From: Candidatus Latescibacterota bacterium
Lineage (GTDB): Bacteria > Latescibacterota > CBDEFO01
DNA length: 64,000 nt
Reading direction: 5' to 3'
Assembly: GCA_965237525.1 (NCBI GenBank)
Contig: CBDEFO010000006.1
Location: 352,001-416,000, forward strand
Every line of letters begins with the position of its first letter. Position 1 is the stretch's first letter. A model generated the notes under the pieces. It was not told where the DNA came from. It saw only the letters and a program-made list of their open reading frames with translations, and did not search any database. Positions 1 to 9,502 of the stretch are shown piece after piece. The translations under genes were made by a program, and so were the position numbers.

Positions 1-2
1 CT

Positions 3-176
3 GCTCATTCTAAACCCCGTGAGGAAAAGGTCCTGATTTGTCATAAACCCGGGACAAGTGCTGAAAAAGAGCTGCTGGTGGCAGCAAGTGCAGTCGACGG
101 ACATTTGGACCCCGGTGATTTTATCGGCACATGTGCTGATAACCCTGGTAACCTCCCTCCCTCCAAAGGACTTTAA
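3..176 (+). CDS. 3' end of a protein running off the window edge, with a KVxICH...HLxxGDxxGxC module
   Basis: Manual translation of frame 3: AHSKPREEKVLICHKPGTSAEKELLVAASAVDGHLDPGDFIGTC...KGL*, TAA at 174-176. Confidence 0.6.
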   Translation, partial: AHSKPREEKVLICHKPGTSAEKELLVAASAVDGHLDPGDFIGTCADNPGNLPPSKGL

Positions 177-193
177 TAAAGAATAAATTTCTG

Positions 194-232
194 GTGACAG
201 GCACGGATTATTTTAACAAGCGTGCCTGTCAC
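194..232. terminator. Hairpin between convergent genes, probable terminator
   Basis: Perfect 12-bp stem GTGACAGGCACG / CGTGCCTGTCAC. Confidence 0.6.
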
Positions 233-293
233 TATTCTTTATAGCAAATCGAATATTTCCCCTGCGAAGTCTGCTCCATCCTCTTGTTAGGCA

Positions 294-1415
294 TTATCTA
301 CTTTTCTCATTTACTGAGAAATTTGGTATAGAGGGATACTTATCTAGTAAATAGAGGTACAACACAGCCATAGAATCTTGGTCTTCAGATGATGTATTAT
401 TGTAAACACTAACTATTTCATACTCATGATCGGGATAAACAGGGATGCCCTCATCACTTGAGAAGTAATCTACGTGCTCTAATCCAATTTTAGCTGATGC
501 ATTTCGGGCATGACTTTTGAAGAGTGTTTTTTCTTCTGTTAAGTCAACTAATTCTAACGATTCGGCAAAGGGGTGCAGGTGTACGGCAATATAATGGATG
601 GTTGTATCAAAAGGAATATTCATGATGGTGGTAACACGCGTATGATTTTCCTCTCTGCCTGGTTTCACCACCCAATGTCCTGTAAATATACGTGCCTGTG
701 GATCCTTAAGAGTATGCTCTGAAGCATTTAGACCAGGAAGGCATCCTGGTCCATGTGGTTTTTCATCAGAACTTTTTACTCCAAAATGACCATCCTGGCC
801 TTCGAGAAGCTTCAGGCCGAAGGCCCCGCTTGTAAATAAAGGTCGAAAAGGTATCTTTGTATCCCTGTCGCGAACGAAATTAATTTTGACCTCATGTCTT
901 ACCTCTATGGATTGGTTTTCAATGTTCAGATTTAATACTTGAGTTGTTAATGACAGTGGCTGGTCAGACACTACCGGGATAGCAAATCCTTTAGGGAATT
1001 GAATAGAAAATTGACCTTGCGAAAGTGTAAATAATCGTTCATCGCCATAGTTACTTTGATGAGGGTTTTCACGATGAGAACTAGGGTTAAAATCTAAACT
1101 ACTATGACACATAAATTCTTGAGACATAGGATCAAGCCCATCGCCGCTTTTCATGACGGCAGCATATCCTGTTACCCAAAGAAGCTCTGGGGTATCACTT
1201 TCAATAAGATATATCTTCTGCGTACTCTGTGGGCCCTTCATGGATTTGTATTTTTGATTAATGAAATAAGGTTTTGAGAGTACGACTTTAGTTTGGATAT
1301 CGTAATTTGTTTGGTAAGTTGGGACTTCATCTGTTAGCCCAACATTGGTATGGGCTAAAAGGCTGACAAAGGTGATCCAAATCAATTTATGGCTTTTCAA
1401 TGGTGTTCCTTTCAT
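294..1415 (-). CDS. Secreted protein with a copper type II monooxygenase (PHM/DBH)-like C-terminal region
   Basis: ORF 294-1436, ATG at 1415 preferred; hydrophobic N-terminus; HYIAVHLHP (HxH) and YNNTS...DSMA. Confidence 0.55.
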   Translation of the reverse strand: MKGTPLKSHKLIWITFVSLLAHTNVGLTDEVPTYQTNYDIQTKVVLSKPYFINQKYKSMKGPQSTQKIYLIESDTPELLWVTGYAAVMKSGDGLDPMSQEFMCHSSLDFNPSSHRENPHQSNYGDERLFTLSQGQFSIQFPKGFAIPVVSDQPLSLTTQVLNLNIENQSIEVRHEVKINFVRDRDTKIPFRPLFTSGAFGLKLLEGQDGHFGVKSSDEKPHGPGCLPGLNASEHTLKDPQARIFTGHWVVKPGREENHTRVTTIMNIPFDTTIHYIAVHLHPFAESLELVDLTEEKTLFKSHARNASAKIGLEHVDYFSSDEGIPVYPDHEYEIVSVYNNTSSEDQDSMAVLYLYLLDKYPSIPNFSVNEKSR

Positions 1416-1443
1416 ATGGAAAGGCAGCAAAGGCAATCATCCC

Positions 1444-3257
1444 TCAGAGATTCTGTTTGGCCCAGATCAGAAAGCTGAGAAGGAGCTTAGGTCCAGGTGC
1501 ATCCCAAAGCGCACTGTCAGACCCTAGCGGCTGATCAGGTGGCGGCAGGACTTCGTCAAACACACTGCGGTTGAAATATGTGTTGGCATACTGCCGGTGT
1601 TTCTCGGCCTCTCGTCGCACGGAAACCCATCCCGGATTATTGAAATTCCAGATGCGGTAGTAGTAACGCTGTTCTTTCCTTATTCTTCTCCCATCTCGAC
1701 CCCTAGAAAGACCAAACCGGTTTAAGAGCGATTGCAGCCATAACTGCAGCAACGGACCTGTTCCCAATAGCAGAGGCGTTGTTTCATAGCTGTTGCGGTC
1801 CAGCGGCAATGATGCCAGTTTTCTGAAGCGTGAGCAGAGGATACTATCCTGTAGCCGACGCTCGGCCAGGGAAGCGGCTGGCATGCCGCCGCCGACATCC
1901 AGCAATGCAAGATCACAAAAGGGTAACACCGGCCAAGCCGAGAATGAGCAGACCCAGGCCATGCTGCCCACTTGGAACCGCTCCTGATGCTCGAGACTAA
2001 AATAAAAAACCCGTTGGGCTTCATGCTCCGAGGTGCCATTGTACAACTCCTGGCAGCGGGCAAGCGTCTCATCCACTAGATCACCAAACACCTCTCGACG
2101 CAGCAGACTCCGTAAAACGTTTAGCGGGACACCCCTCCAGTTAATGCTTTCAAAAAGCCGATCAAAGGACAATTTCCCCCTCTCTTTCGAATAGGCAGAA
2201 ACAATGTTAGATCCACCGACAATGGCGTCGGACAAGGCCCCTAGCACAAAACGCGGGGCGGTTCCTCGAAATTTTTCATAAGCCGACCAAGCTGTAACAT
2301 TGTTAAGGCCGTTTGCCAAATGTTCCCATTGAACACTCATTTGCATGCAACGCGCATAGTCAGTGTAGTCGACGTCAGTGCATTTGTGCTCGAAACCGAG
2401 ACATTCCGCGACACGACGCGCGCACTGTATGTCGATGTCGGTAGCTTGACCAAAGGTCAAGGCAATGACATCGGCGTTGTTTTGCTTGAGATAACCCCCC
2501 AGCATACGGGAATCACGTCCTCCCGACAAGAGTAATCCTACGCGTTGGGCACTGGTCACATAGCGTCGCACAACGGCGTCCAGTGTATCGTGCATAAGTT
2601 CCGTGTGCGCCGAAAACGGGAGGTCATAGTATCTCTCATTGATAGCGGACGCTCAAATTGCACGATTTCCTTAGCTTCCGTTTGTTTTTGCCAATACAAG
2701 ATTGAACGGGATGACAAGCGGGAAACGCCGCGGAAAACTGTTTGACCATCAACAAGCCCGTTAGTAAGCAGAATCCCTACCAAGCCAGCGGGATTCAATT
2801 CCAGTCTGAATACAGGATGGTGACGAAATAACTCGGGACTGGATCCCAGCAATAACACTTCGTCAGTTGCGTAGTAGTACACTGGAAACAGCCCTAACGG
2901 ATCCGCTCCGATGACGATTCCACGCGATGATTTATAAACAAGACTGACATGGAAACCGTCACAAACCTCTAGAACTTTTTCTTCTACGGGGGCGAAGTGG
3001 GCGCGTATCTTTTTTGCATCGAGCTGAACGCCTGTGCCCTGTTGTATAGCTTCCCCCAGGATGACCGAGAGCCCCTCATCGTCAGCAACAGAATCAATAG
3101 GCGCGGACTCATGGGCAGCCCATATCACACAACAGTCCCCGGCGTTGATTTGGCCATCAATCAAACCATCAACGAGCGGCAGCTTAGGCTCGACAACACG
3201 AACAAATCGCTTTCGTCGATCAACATCAGGATCGATCACTCCAATAAAATTAGCCAT
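1444..3257 (-). pseudogene. Asparagine synthase-related protein split by a frameshift
   Basis: GATase-like N-half (2556-3257, DPLGLFPVYY, no N-terminal Cys) and synthetase half (LLLSGGRDSR) join if one GA is removed from ATGAGAGATAC near 2632-2637. Confidence 0.75.
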
Positions 3258-3512
3258 ATGCTCCTAACCTTCCCCCTAAAACTGTACCAAAGTTCGTGAT
3301 ATAATCATACTATCAGAAAAGTGAAGGGGAAGAATCTCTTATGGAAGATCCTTCGTACTCGATTTCCTTATAATCTTAGATGAAACGAGTACAGTGCCCG
3401 CTGCTGCTTACAAATTTAAGGAAAGCGAGTACGTCACAAAAAGCGTTCCTCAGAATGGGCAGTGGGTTAAACGAATGCTTATACCTAATTTTCCCTATCT
3501 ATTTACCTATGA

Positions 3513-4217
3513 TCAAATTGCGTTAAATCCAGAAGTTTCTGAATTATGGCAGTTAAATACTCTCCCTATACTTTCGATCACGCTGTCCTCTACGTCCTGC
3601 ATATTGACGCTGGGAGAAAGTTGCTCCATCGAAATGGCATCGCATGCGTCTATCCCGCAGGGATTAATGTACTTAAACCCCTCTAAGGCCTCCTTTTTCA
3701 CGTTCAGGGCAAAACCATGAAAGGTCACCCACTTTCTGACGCCGACCCCTATTGAGCATATCTTTTTATCCTCACTGAGTCGACGTTCGACCACCCACAC
3801 GCCCGTCAATCCCTCTTTCCTCTTTCCTGCGATTCCAAATCGGCTCAGAGATAGCATGATAGCCTCTTCTATCTTTCGCAGATAGAGGTGCAGATCCCTT
3901 TCCTCATCTTCCAAACGCAAGATAGGATAGCCCACCAGTTGCCCCGGACCGTGATAGGTCACATCCCCACCTCTGTCAGTCCGGCAGAGAGGTATCCCTT
4001 TCAAGTCCAGTACCTCCTTCGGAACCAGGACATTTCTATCTTTGCCTCTATGTCCCAGAGTGATCACGGAGTTGTGCTCGCACAGGATCAAAGAGTCGCT
4101 GGAGTTATCGGGATTCGCTATCCTGCTTCGGACAATTTCTTGCTGAATTTTATACGCGTCGTCAAACGATATAGTGCCCAGTCTGATGACGTGAAATTCT
4201 TTCATCGGAGATCTCAC
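3513..4217 (-). CDS. lipB: Lipoyl(octanoyl) transferase
   Basis: LCEHxxVITLG, DRGGDVTYHGPGQLVGYPI, KICSIG, FHGFALNV, INPCG. Confidence 0.95.
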   Translation of the reverse strand: MRSPMKEFHVIRLGTISFDDAYKIQQEIVRSRIANPDNSSDSLILCEHNSVITLGHRGKDRNVLVPKEVLDLKGIPLCRTDRGGDVTYHGPGQLVGYPILRLEDEERDLHLYLRKIEEAIMLSLSRFGIAGKRKEGLTGVWVVERRLSEDKKICSIGVGVRKWVTFHGFALNVKKEALEGFKYINPCGIDACDAISMEQLSPSVNMQDVEDSVIESIGRVFNCHNSETSGFNAI

Positions 4218-4290
4218 AATAACGGGATCGAAAAAAGTTGAGTGGAAGGTGCATGTGCCCTCTTTATCTTCTACGAGATTGCTTCGCTCC

Positions 4291-4328
4291 CCCGACCCCC
4301 AATTGAATCTCTTGGGGGCTGAATCGGG
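4291..4328. repeat. Two nested 19-bp palindromic micro-elements
   Basis: CCCAATTGAATCTCTTGGG inside CCCGACC|GGCTGAATCGGG. Confidence 0.8.
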
Positions 4329-4388
4329 GACTCAAGCAAGGAGAGGAGTCCACTGACTGCTGTCTTTCTACTTGTTATCCTCTTCCCC

Positions 4389-4760
4389 CTAGGGCCAGGG
4401 CTTGAACCACTGTACGATCTCGATCCTGTTGCCGTCGGGGTCTGCTACGAAGAAGCGGTCGGCTCCCGGGATTGGAACCGTCTCTTGCACTTCTACTCCT
4501 TTCTCTCGAAAGACATTCCGTGCGTTTTTAGCGTCCTCCACTTGCAGCGCTAAATGACGGGGAGAGATCGTATCTACACGATCTTTCGGCATGAGATGGA
4601 TATGCTCTTCCCCCACCTGAAACCAGACCACTTCAAACTCAAACGTAGAGGGTGTGGGTATCTCCTCTAAACCTAATACCTGTGAGTAAAACCGCGATGC
4701 CCTTTCTAAATCCGTCACTACGATAGAGCAGTGATGTAAGCCTGTGCAGGAAATTTCCAT
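4389..4760 (-). CDS. VOC (glyoxalase/bleomycin resistance) family protein
   Basis: LHHxSIVVTDLERASRFY..VLGL, HLAL, FFVADPDGNRIE. Confidence 0.9.
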   Translation of the reverse strand: MEISCTGLHHCSIVVTDLERASRFYSQVLGLEEIPTPSTFEFEVVWFQVGEEHIHLMPKDRVDTISPRHLALQVEDAKNARNVFREKGVEVQETVPIPGADRFFVADPDGNRIEIVQWFKPWP

Positions 4761-4954
4761 GTCCGGGTCTCCTTATGTTCTGCCCCCATGGGATAAGAAA
4801 ACAATTGGACAAGACAGTAAGAAGAAAGGATAGGGAATCCTCCCCTGCTTGTCCAATCTCTGCTGAATATTCCTTAGATCCCTTCCCCCACTGCGCGGCT
4901 TGCTGCTACCCCGGCAAAGCGGAGACTTTGTGCTTTGCCCCCACGTTCGTATTC

Positions 4955-5003
4955 GTAGGGGCAGGGTAACCCTGACCTTGGGGCGAGTGAACCTCGCCCC
5001 TAC
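4955..5003. repeat. GTAG-type REP-like doublet
   Basis: GTAGGGGCAGGGT..ACCCTG and GGGGCGAGTGAACCTCGCCCCTAC; related units at 9006, 9121, 9222-9247, ~17397, ~50686. Confidence 0.65.
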
Positions 5004-5163
5004 ATTTAATTTAAGGTTGTAAGGGCAAGAAGGTACTCCAATGTGTGACAAATTCTTGAGAAGAGCAACCTTTCCAAATCACAACTGAACAACTGTCTAG
5101 CGCTCTCATTTCATTTGATATTCAACCACCACTACTGTCTACTTTCCTATACTGCCTACTTCT

Positions 5164-5610
5164 TTATAATAAGCCTTCCTTAAGGGCCTCCTGAGCTGTT
5201 TTTCCCCCTGCCATCTTAATTATCTCCACATCGTAGTGATCTGCGATTTGAGCTACAGTCTTGATCGTAGCCTCGAACTCGTTTTGATCCATGTTCACCC
5301 CAGCTATCGAATGGCTAAACTTTATGGTATCGTCAAAAGTCAGCGAGAAGGCCCCAAAGTGGATGTTTGCGTTCTCGTTGAGGAGATAACGCATCAGATC
5401 CTCCGTTATAGTTGCTTCGTAGACCAGGAAGCTGAAGCAGTCCACTATAGCGTCATCTTTGTGCCAGGCCCTCACAAGGAGTTGAACCACGGTAGTCCCC
5501 ACCATGATAATATACCTGCCGTCCTCGAACTTTTCAAACTCATCCCCGTGGGTCCCCTCTAAATATTCCTCCACCCTCTTTGTCACCTTTTCCAGGATGT
5601 CTTCGGACAT
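5164..5610 (-). CDS. YbjN / type III chaperone-like domain protein
   Basis: 148 aa acidic protein, LMRYLLNEN..HFGAF, VAQIADHYD pattern; AGGAGG RBS. Confidence 0.75.
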   Translation of the reverse strand: MSEDILEKVTKRVEEYLEGTHGDEFEKFEDGRYIIMVGTTVVQLLVRAWHKDDAIVDCFSFLVYEATITEDLMRYLLNENANIHFGAFSLTFDDTIKFSHSIAGVNMDQNEFEATIKTVAQIADHYDVEIIKMAGGKTAQEALKEGLL

Positions 5611-5688
5611 TCTTATCCTCCTCCTTTTTGAGTCGATATGGATGTTCGTAGAGCTGGGTTCCCCAGCACTACATTTAATTCAGTAAGG

Positions 5689-6789
5689 CTATAGGAGATG
5701 ATCTTGCCCACGAGTGAGCCATTCAATATCGAACTGCGATAAGGTCAGCTTCTCGTAGGGATCCTCTTTGCCTGCTTCGTAAAGACAGCAGATGCTCATA
5801 TCGGGGGAAACAGCCAGGTCTGAATATGCAGAAGGACCCTCGCAGAGCAACCTGGAGACGGACCAGGTCCGGCACTCATCGTAGCTGACCCTGACCGTCA
5901 TCTTCTCCCTTTCGGTGCTGGCAGGATTCGAAAAGAGGACACGATTCTTGTCGTGGCGGCCCACCTGTGCCAAGCGAGCTAAACTGCCCTGGCACATCGG
6001 TTCAACGAGTGTTTCATCCCAGCCTAACTTTGAGAATGTCTGGCCGTTGTCGTAGCTCCATGCGTATCCGCGCCTCTTGGCGCCTCTGTAGTTGCGACAA
6101 TTGATATACACAGCACCGTCGCCGGTCTGGACGACTGCAGATTCGTTCGTGCCCTCATCCACAATTCCGCCGATCTTCCAACTTTCACCGTGGTCATCGC
6201 TGTAGATTATGTGCGAATGATAAGGATCGTTGCGATTGAAATTCACCCCCACGATGTGGTCGCAGGGGATCACCATCCTCCCATTTTCAAGTTGAATTCC
6301 ATGTCCGGGTCCCGTCGCATACCACGTCCAGGAGTCGTCTTTCACGTCCTGGGTGATCTCCTGTGGTTCAGCCCATGTTTCACCGTCGTCCGCGCTCTTG
6401 GTGATCCAGACCGTGCGCAGCGCTTTACCTTCGACAATCATGCTCTCAGGCCCATCCCCCAGGTTCTTGCAGAAGGGCAGCCAGATCGTGCCGTCGCTTC
6501 GATCTACGACCGGACACGGATTCCCGCATGTCATATCGCCGTCGGAGACGACAAGCTGCGTATCCTGCCATGTCTTCCCGCTGTCGAAACTCCGCTTCAA
6601 CAGGAGATCGATCTTGCCCGCATCGTCCCTTCCGTACTTTCTCCCCTCGCAAAAGGCCAGTATCGTCCCCACAGTGGAGACCACAAGGGCGGGGATCCTA
6701 TAAGTATGGTATCCTTCTTGACCCCCTATGAAGAGATCCCTCTGCTTGAGACGACCGCTATCTTCGGTCGGTATATCCTTTTCTGTCAT
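5689..6789 (-). CDS. Sialidase (BNR/Asp-box, GH33-like)
   Basis: YRIP motif; Asp-boxes SFDSGKTW, SADDGETW, SDDHGESW, SYDNGQTF, SYDECRTW; AYS motif. Confidence 0.9.
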   Translation of the reverse strand: MTEKDIPTEDSGRLKQRDLFIGGQEGYHTYRIPALVVSTVGTILAFCEGRKYGRDDAGKIDLLLKRSFDSGKTWQDTQLVVSDGDMTCGNPCPVVDRSDGTIWLPFCKNLGDGPESMIVEGKALRTVWITKSADDGETWAEPQEITQDVKDDSWTWYATGPGHGIQLENGRMVIPCDHIVGVNFNRNDPYHSHIIYSDDHGESWKIGGIVDEGTNESAVVQTGDGAVYINCRNYRGAKRRGYAWSYDNGQTFSKLGWDETLVEPMCQGSLARLAQVGRHDKNRVLFSNPASTEREKMTVRVSYDECRTWSVSRLLCEGPSAYSDLAVSPDMSICCLYEAGKEDPYEKLTLSQFDIEWLTRGQDHLL

Positions 6790-6874
6790 CTCTTTTTCTC
6801 CGCGACGTGCTGACCGGGCAAATTCGCCGAGTCGTCCTGATCCTTTTTCAGATGTCTGTCACTTGGGCGAGACG

Positions 6875-7558
6875 CTAAAACTTTTCTCCATCTGCCGGCG
6901 CGATGCATTCAGGCGAATCGTTCAGCGGATTATTGACAAAGTGTGACACAGGATAAGCGGTCATGTCCTCAGCGGGGTACGGGCCGAGAAGTTCGTCCAG
7001 CTCATCGGGACGTCGCTCCTGAGGGTCGAGCCAGCTCTCGTAAGCTTCTGGCTTCAGGATAGCCGGCATACGGTTGTGAATCTGTTCCATCATCTGATTG
7101 GGTTCGGTTGTGATAATCGTACACGAAAGGAGAGGAGCATCGTCCCTTGGTCGCCACATTTCCCATAGCCCTGCAAAGGCAAAGGGAGTTCCAGACTTCA
7201 ATCGAATGTAAATCGGCACTTTGGTCTTGCTCCCCGGCTTCTGGCGCCACTCGTAGAATCCGTCTGCCAGGATTAAGCAACGGCGTCGCAGATAGGCGGT
7301 TCGGAAGGACGACTTCTCAGATAGAGTTTCAGAGCGAGCGTTGATCATACGATAGCCGATTTTGGGATCCTTCGCCCAGGATGGGATCAAGCCCCATCTG
7401 AAATCTTCCACTTTGTTCTGGCCGGTATTTGCAACTACAGCGACATTCTGAGATGGGGCGATGTTGTATCTGGGCTTAAACTCGTCTGGCATCACAAATT
7501 CGGGAAAAGCCTCCATCACATCAATAGTGTCCGTTGCCAGTGAAAATCGTCCGCACAT
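6875..7558 (-). CDS. SOS response-associated peptidase (SRAP/YedK/HMCES family)
   Basis: MCGRF start, RYNIAP, WGLIPSW, INARSET, GFYEW, IHNRMP. Confidence 0.95.
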   Translation of the reverse strand: MCGRFSLATDTIDVMEAFPEFVMPDEFKPRYNIAPSQNVAVVANTGQNKVEDFRWGLIPSWAKDPKIGYRMINARSETLSEKSSFRTAYLRRRCLILADGFYEWRQKPGSKTKVPIYIRLKSGTPFAFAGLWEMWRPRDDAPLLSCTIITTEPNQMMEQIHNRMPAILKPEAYESWLDPQERRPDELDELLGPYPAEDMTAYPVSHFVNNPLNDSPECIAPADGEKF

Positions 7559-8008
7559 AGCATCTCCTCTTAATCCTCTCTCCTATGCCGCCGAGAAGCG
7601 GTGTCGTCAGGAGGCATGTGGAGCTGGTAGAATCCTTTAGTTGACATCTGCTACGCAGGCCTGAAGAATGACTGCCTCAAAAGAGCCTTATCCCCAAGTC
7701 CCTGGGGTTATTCTCCTTTTCAGATCGCCCGAACTTAATAGACCGATGGATTAGGAAGATACAAAGAAAAATGTTAGATGTCAATGAAGATTTCTCAGTG
7801 CCTGTGATTCTGAACGGTCGCATTGTCTGGGAAAGTTTTCCCACATCAGGCAAGCTCGAAGCTTCTATGAAAGCAACTTAAATCAAATGTAATACCAAAT
7901 TCTATTTAAGATGCTGCTAAGTCTCCCGGCCCAAGGGCGAGTGGACCCCCGATAAAGTCATTCGGGGGCAGGCCTCGCCCCTGCATTGTATCATCGAGAT
8001 CGGTTCCT

Positions 8009-8065
8009 CCCGATCCCCCCCGATAGATTCAATCGGGGGTAGAATCAATCGGGGATTCATTCGGG
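8009..8065. repeat. Three nested 19-bp micro-elements (57 bp)
   Basis: Peels into CCCGATAGATTCAATCGGG, CCCGGTAGAATCAATCGGG and CCCGATCGATTCATTCGGG. Confidence 0.85.
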
Positions 8066-8300
8066 AGCGCTCGCAATGACAGAGCCCGACTTAGGTCATT
8101 GTGAGGTGGATGAAATCCCCCGAAGCAATCTTTCCCTCTGCTTATCGGGCGGAGAACGCTCATGCCATATCAGACAGTGCTCATCCGTGAGTGGAGAGTG
8201 TCTTTGGGACTCTGTCGCCGATTTCTTTTGAATTGGGAAAGGTACCTGCACCTCATCGGAATTCCCAATAGAGTTTTTTAGAGTTTCTTCATTTTTTTTC

Positions 8301-8341
8301 TTGACATCTGAACTGTTGAATACTATTATTGTGTATAGTAT
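8301..8341 (+). promoter_or_regulatory. Sigma70-type promoter overlapped by a palindromic operator
   Basis: TTGACA(8301)-17 bp-TATTAT(8324); inverted repeat ATACTAT-N8-ATAGTAT at 8320-8341. Confidence 0.7.
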
Positions 8342-8415
8342 ATGCTAATCAGTGACGTGGCAATTGACATAGCTTCCTTTCGAAGCGGAGGATAAAAGAG
8401 GAGAAGGAGGTAACT

Positions 8416-8832
8416 ATGGAGTACGCACATATCAGGAGGAGGCTTCCCCACGAGCGGAATGCGATCACGCACAAGTTCAGTGTGGGCGGACACGAAGGGT
8501 ACATCACTGTGGGGATGTACGAGGACGGATCTCCCGGGGAGATATTCTTACTGGGAGCAAAGGAGGGCTCCGTAGTATCGGGTCTTATGACTTCCTTTGC
8601 GACGGCGATCTCAATAGCGCTTCAGTACGGGGTTCCTTTGAAGATGTTGGTGGACAAGTTCAGCCACATGCGCTTTGATCCTGCGGGCTTTACTAACAAC
8701 CCTGACATCCCGATGGCAGAGTCTATTATAGATTATATCTTCAGATGGTTGGGGAAAAAGTTCCTGCCCCAAGAAGATCAGAAGCCGGGCGATAACGGGA
8801 AGAATACCGCATCCAATCTCTTGCGCGAATAG
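8416..8832 (+). CDS. Stand-alone TSCPD domain protein (C-terminal part of class II ribonucleotide reductase, NrdJb-like)
   Basis: RRRLPxER.AITHKFSVGGHEGYITVGMYEDGSPGEIF, SIALQYGVPL, SIIDYIFRWL; AAGGAGGT RBS. Confidence 0.85.
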   Translation: MEYAHIRRRLPHERNAITHKFSVGGHEGYITVGMYEDGSPGEIFLLGAKEGSVVSGLMTSFATAISIALQYGVPLKMLVDKFSHMRFDPAGFTNNPDIPMAESIIDYIFRWLGKKFLPQEDQKPGDNGKNTASNLLRE

Positions 8833-8860
8833 AACGGGATGACGATGAAAAAAAGTTGAG

Positions 8861-8989
8861 ATGCGTGGAAAGCAGGTGTTACTGACTCTGGCCGACGCCC
8901 TTGCCTGCTACGAGTGCGGGGCGAAAATGGTCAGGAACGGATCTTGCTCTAAATGCCTTAACTGCGGGGCTACGAACAGCTGTTCGTAG
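8861..8989 (+). CDS. Small zinc ribbon equivalent to the NrdJ C-terminal Cys tail (not in ORF track)
   Basis: Manual translation MRGKQVLLTLADALACYECGAKMVRNGSCSKCLNCGATNSCS*. Confidence 0.65.
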   Translation: MRGKQVLLTLADALACYECGAKMVRNGSCSKCLNCGATNSCS

Positions 8990-9502
8990 GAACAGCAGGC
9001 GGTATGTAGGGGCGAGGAGCCATGGGCGCTTTGTTGGGGAGCCACAAGCCACGAAGTGGTCACCCCAAGGTCAGACACACGTCCCCGATAGAAGCAATCT
9101 CGTTTTTTAATATACAGAATGTAGGGGCGAGGCCTGCCCCCGAATGATTGATCCCCGACCCCCGATCCAGTCGGGGGCTCAATCGGGGAGGGTCCACTCG
9201 CCCGCAGGGGCACTGGTCTGTGTAGGGGCGAACCCACGTGTTCGCCCAGTAGTCAGCAGACAGAGGTAACCCCCTACTCAAAGGGGACATATTTGGATCT
9301 CTTAAAGTAGCCGAGGAGACTGCTTCTGGGCAGAAGGTACTGTTTGCCCGGCTTATAGGCTGTGACCAATCCGAAGTGTATTAACTAACGCAGGTGCCTA
9401 CCCTCCCTGACTGCCAGCAGGCAATTTTGTGATTGATATCCTCGGGGAAGTTTGTATCGTCCGGGGGAAGAATCGGAAGTTGTTCAGTAAGTTTTTCCTG
9501 TA

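Noticed and set aside
1444..3257. Lasso peptide cyclase cluster
   Set aside because: No precursor, B1/B2 peptidase or RRE gene is visible nearby.
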